32,000 nucleotides of DNA from Paramicrosporidium saccamoebae KSL3. Taxonomy: Eukaryota > Fungi > Cryptomycota. A program made the position numbers and the translations under genes. Below are positions 28,748 through 32,000 of the stretch, piece after piece; within the stretch, counting starts at the first letter, position 1, and every line of letters begins with the position of its first letter. Below the pieces are notes generated by a model that did not search any database, was not told the DNA's origin, and saw nothing but the letters and a program-made list of their open reading frames with translations. The stretch lies in the NCBI GenBank assembly GCA_002794465.1, contig MTSL01000046.1, forward strand, positions 2,578 through 34,577, written 5' to 3'.

Positions 28748-29401
28748 ATGCAGCTTCCGGCAACGTCTAGTCTTGTGCCCCTCTTTCTTGCTGCTGGACT
28801 CTTTGTCACAAGTCAGGCTCGCAGTCTGTCTTACCGAATGAAAGGCTCTGAGAACAAGTCATGCTTTTATGCTTACGTGGACCCAAAAGTGCCGCTCAAC
28901 AATGCTCTCCTTCAATTCTACTACGCCGCCGGCGATGCCAAGGGCAGCGACATTGTCTACGTTGATGCCTCTGTCACAGGGCCCTCTGGACAGCCACTGC
29001 ACAGCCAGAGCCGCCAAACACATGCCGAGGTGAATATCAAACCACCTCAGGCCGGCGAGTATGCCCTCTGTCTCACTCACCACGGCTCGCCCTCGGACAA
29101 GAACGTGGATGTAGACGTTACTCTGCCCACTATGCCACCGCAGGCGAACCAAGAGAAGGACGACACGGCCAAGTTGGAGGCCACTGTGCACAAGCTGCAG
29201 CGCGAGCTGTCCGATTTGGTCCATACGCTACGCTATGTCAAGAATCGCGAACGCCGCAACTTGGAGACGGTGGAGAGTGTGGAAGGATGGGTGTTTTACA
29301 TTTCTATCTTTGAGGTAATGCTAATTATTGGAATGTCGCTACTGCAAGTTACAGTCCTGCGCATGTTCTTTTCCGGTAATCGCAAACATCAGCGCGTGTA
29401 A
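28748..29401 (+). CDS. p24/emp24/gp25L (TMED) cargo receptor
   Basis: Signal peptide, GOLD domain with two Cys (KSCFY, EYALCL), coiled coil RERRNLETVES, a TM helix and a short tail QVTVLRMFF. Confidence 0.92.
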   Translation: MQLPATSSLVPLFLAAGLFVTSQARSLSYRMKGSENKSCFYAYVDPKVPLNNALLQFYYAAGDAKGSDIVYVDASVTGPSGQPLHSQSRQTHAEVNIKPPQAGEYALCLTHHGSPSDKNVDVDVTLPTMPPQANQEKDDTAKLEATVHKLQRELSDLVHTLRYVKNRERRNLETVESVEGWVFYISIFEVMLIIGMSLLQVTVLRMFFSGNRKHQRV

Positions 29402-29472
29402 TTTGTCTAAATAATAACCAATGTTTGAAAAATTCAATCCATAATCAATAATACATAACCCGTGGTAGTTGT

Positions 29473-30709
29473 ATGGTATTGGAGGGACTAAAACGAGCTG
29501 AGCAGTTTATTACCGTTCTCCGGAATGCCGGCTACCGCAACGAAGCGGGCAGAACGCTAAAGCCGGAGCATTTGGACCACGAATTTGAGAGTCGTCCAAC
29601 TACAGCGGCATTGCTGGCATTGGCGGATGGACTACGAGCGCGTGTCCTGTCCGAAGTAGAAGTACTGCAGTACCAACCTGAATTGCTGCTGAAAGTTTAG
29701 GTTACAACATCTTGCAAATTTGGGACTGTTGGACGGCTTACTGGAGGGCCTGGACGAGGCAGAGCAACCAAAAGTGATGCCTACTAGTGAAAAAATTGAG
29801 CGACTCTATGAATTGAATGGACAACTTGAAAGACTACTGGATGCCCAGTCCATTTCTGAACAGACTTGTCTCGCGGAATTAGAAAAGCTGCCTTTAGTGG
29901 AGAGGGTTGAGACGATAGATGTGCTTAGCATTACACAGTCTAAATCGGAACCGCTTGACATGCTGATAGCTGAGTATGACGGACTGCAAGAGCAGATAAA
30001 GGAAACTCTTGACAAGTGCTTTGAAAAATTGTTCACGCCGCTGGACACTACAGACCCTGACGAGCCGGTGCTACGATTCAAGACAATATCCAACTCTGAC
30101 CTGATACGACAACCTTGGCACCCTGAAGATTATGCATTTTATGAGAGTAAAATTACCAAGGCCATCGATGCATTACGCATGTATGGATTCAAGCTGTGCA
30201 TTGAGGAATTGGTGCACGGCGATCAACAGATTCGTGCACGGAGAAGCGCTTATCAAGCCGAGATGTATTCTCAAATCACAGCACTACAATTGCGACGTCT
30301 TTGTTTGGGAACCATCTTTCACGAGGCTCTGAACAACCTTGGCTCGCACCTTCAAAAGTCTTGCAATGAGTTGCTGGGATCCTTGAACTCGGCAAAGTCA
30401 AAAATGTCGCCCGTTTCTACTTTTGCGCAATACACAGTAAATGACCCTTTGACAAGCGTTGCCATCAGGCGTCCAAGCCATACGCACCGGATCGAAGACC
30501 ATGTAAAGAGGCTGAAAAGTCTTGAATCTTCCATTGCTCAAGTTAGTCATCTAAGTCTATGTTTCTTAAACGACGCAGCTGAAGTCGAACCACTGCCCCT
30601 ATCCGTCAAGCATGAAGAATCGGCTCTTCGATCTATTACTATGGAAATGTCAGAGATGCTTTCTCTTAATGCCACTGAAGCAGAACGAGTGCGTCTAATG
30701 TCTAAATAA
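29473..30709 (+). CDS. HAUS3: HAUS augmin-like complex subunit 3
   Basis: Exons 29473-29669 and 29701-30709 (31-bp intron) join two track ORFs into 401 aa. EQFITVLRNAGY...L..EHLDHEFE...VLSEVE...LEGLDEA parallels human HAUS3 EFVETLKKIGY...EDFDWLFE...VLSERE...LEGAALDEA from memory. Confidence 0.7.
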
Positions 30710-31106
30710 ACGGTCCTGTGGTTGATGGAGGGTGGGGTCTTGACTATTTAGATTGTCGGCCAGTTGGTATTCCGCTCTGTATGATTGTTCCGATACTGTG
30801 TCGGTTCATCGGCCAAAATTACACAAGAGCCTAGGGCTCACCAGCCGTCTTGGACCGGTTACTATGCAATATTACATATTAGGCAATGCCATGCCTGTAC
30901 GAAACAGGCGTCTTGGTGAAGCCCTGACAACACACAATGTCAAGCATTGACGTCGGAGTCCTCATGATTCGCCTGCTGAAGATTGCGGGTGCGCAAATCA
31001 TTTGTTGCTGACTGGTATTATAGTAAAGGAGCAGCTTACTGCCGATTTTGCCACTCAACGCCCAAGTGTATTTCATCAGGCTAGTGCTGATGTTATCTAT
31101 CGGCTA

Positions 31107-31856
31107 CTATCGATTGTCTAGTGGGATTAATCCGTGAAGATCCATAATTGGGAAATACAGGGTATTTTGCTCTCCATCTTGGACCTTGACACAACGACAT
31201 CCCCTCTCAACGCATGTATAACGTCGGCCATTATAGACCAAATTGTCAACATTAACAGAACGTGTGCCACAGTACGAGGCTACAAGCTCGTAATTAAAAG
31301 AGTACATCAGCGAAATTAGAGCATAGACAAGACTAACCCGCAGCGGAAATAGGATTAAAATGACAGTTTGGCAAAGAAACCCCCAAACATCCGAAAGTAT
31401 TGGGTCACTAATGGGGGACACTTTTGCTTCGGGGAGAAAGAATGCTTCAAAGCGCTCCCATGATATGCCATCATCATTGACATTACCCCCAGAGCCCTGC
31501 TCTTTGTAGATCTTGCGATGATATGCCGCACGATATCTGAGAATCATCAGAAATAAGAAGTAAGGTACGGCGAGGCAAAGGAGCCCCCAATCTAATTTCT
31601 GTCTCCCATGCCAAAGGATGGGAGAAATCGCAGAGAGAAGGATCATGGAGGGAAAAAGTATAGAACAAATATGAAAATGGTTAATTGTGTGCATCTTGTT
31701 GCAGACCGAGTGCTGTAACGGCACACTAGGATATATATACATCAAGCGGGGATTGGCCTCCTGAAGACATGAAGCAGGGTGCCTTATTGGTGAAAACGCT
31801 CTCCCCGGGGTCGTATTCTCTAATTTAGGTAACTGCCTTGCTGATTGGCTCGCCAT
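31107..31856 (-). CDS. Hypothetical multi-pass membrane protein
   Basis: 249-aa ATG-initiated ORF with about 4 hydrophobic segments. No family recognised. Confidence 0.5.
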   Translation of the reverse strand: MASQSARQLPKLENTTPGRAFSPIRHPASCLQEANPRLMYIYPSVPLQHSVCNKMHTINHFHICSILFPSMILLSAISPILWHGRQKLDWGLLCLAVPYFLFLMILRYRAAYHRKIYKEQGSGGNVNDDGISWERFEAFFLPEAKVSPISDPILSDVWGFLCQTVILILFPLRVSLVYALISLMYSFNYELVASYCGTRSVNVDNLVYNGRRYTCVERGCRCVKVQDGEQNTLYFPIMDLHGLIPLDNR

Positions 31857-31927
31857 GAATTACCCTTTAATACTGTCCAATCAATACCCGCCGCACTGCA
31901 GCGTGCTCCATCGAATTTTAATAAGGG

Positions 31928-32000
31928 TGTCGCGTAGTGGGAATGATACCACGGACTTTGTCAAGCGGGAAGAGAACCCGTTCATTTTTAATCCAATAGC
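31928..32000 (+). mobile_element. Element copy 4 (truncated by the window end)
   Basis: TGTCGCGTAGTGGG start. The segment ccacggactttgtcaagcgggaagagaac resembles the reverse complement of copy 3 (ccacagactttgtcaggcaggaag...gagaac). Confidence 0.75.

Noticed and set aside
29670-29700. HAUS3 intron shares its ends (GTACCAAC...GTTTAG) with DID2 intron units, suggesting an introner family
   Set aside because: The interiors are unrelated and the match is mostly splice consensus; two loci are not enough evidence.
1-32000. tRNA, rRNA or autonomous transposase/RT genes
   Set aside because: I recognised no cloverleaf, rRNA-like segment, or RT/integrase/transposase motif by eye; small ncRNAs could have been missed.

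Overview
This is a gene-dense window from a compact eukaryotic, fungal-like nuclear genome. About 24 protein-coding genes are packed with gaps as small as 11-25 bp. I could place 24 spliceosomal introns; all are 30-44 bp except one composite intron. A complex I accessory subunit (NDUFB11/ESSS) and a mitochondrial GGQ ribosome-rescue factor point to an early-diverging Rozellomycota or microsporidia relative with respiring mitochondria (Paramicrosporidium-like; inference only). Genes in order: HIR3/Cabin1-like (partial), three tandem GT71 mannosyltransferases, RPL9, a Nudix-like protein, a TLC-domain protein, an mtRF-R-like factor, DID2/CHMP1, SAS10/UTP3, HAP3/NF-YB, a DH-PH-C2 RhoGEF, PNP, a pepsin-like protein, PUS3/DEG1, UBP8/USP22, Yippee, NDUFB11, a degenerate kinesin, a PST-rich tail-anchored protein, p24, HAUS3 and an unknown membrane protein. 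The most striking observation is DID2 intron 4 (13099-13237), which is four complete mini-introns stacked head-to-tail (GTA...CTAAC...TTTAG x4, zero-length exons), a candidate for recursive splicing. Other notable items are a dispersed 142-164 bp TGT...ACA element with target-site duplications (4 copies), tandem duplications that copy stop-codon ends into convergent gene junctions, two GC-AG introns, and three apparent pseudoenzymes. All family calls come from remembered motifs; no database searches were run.
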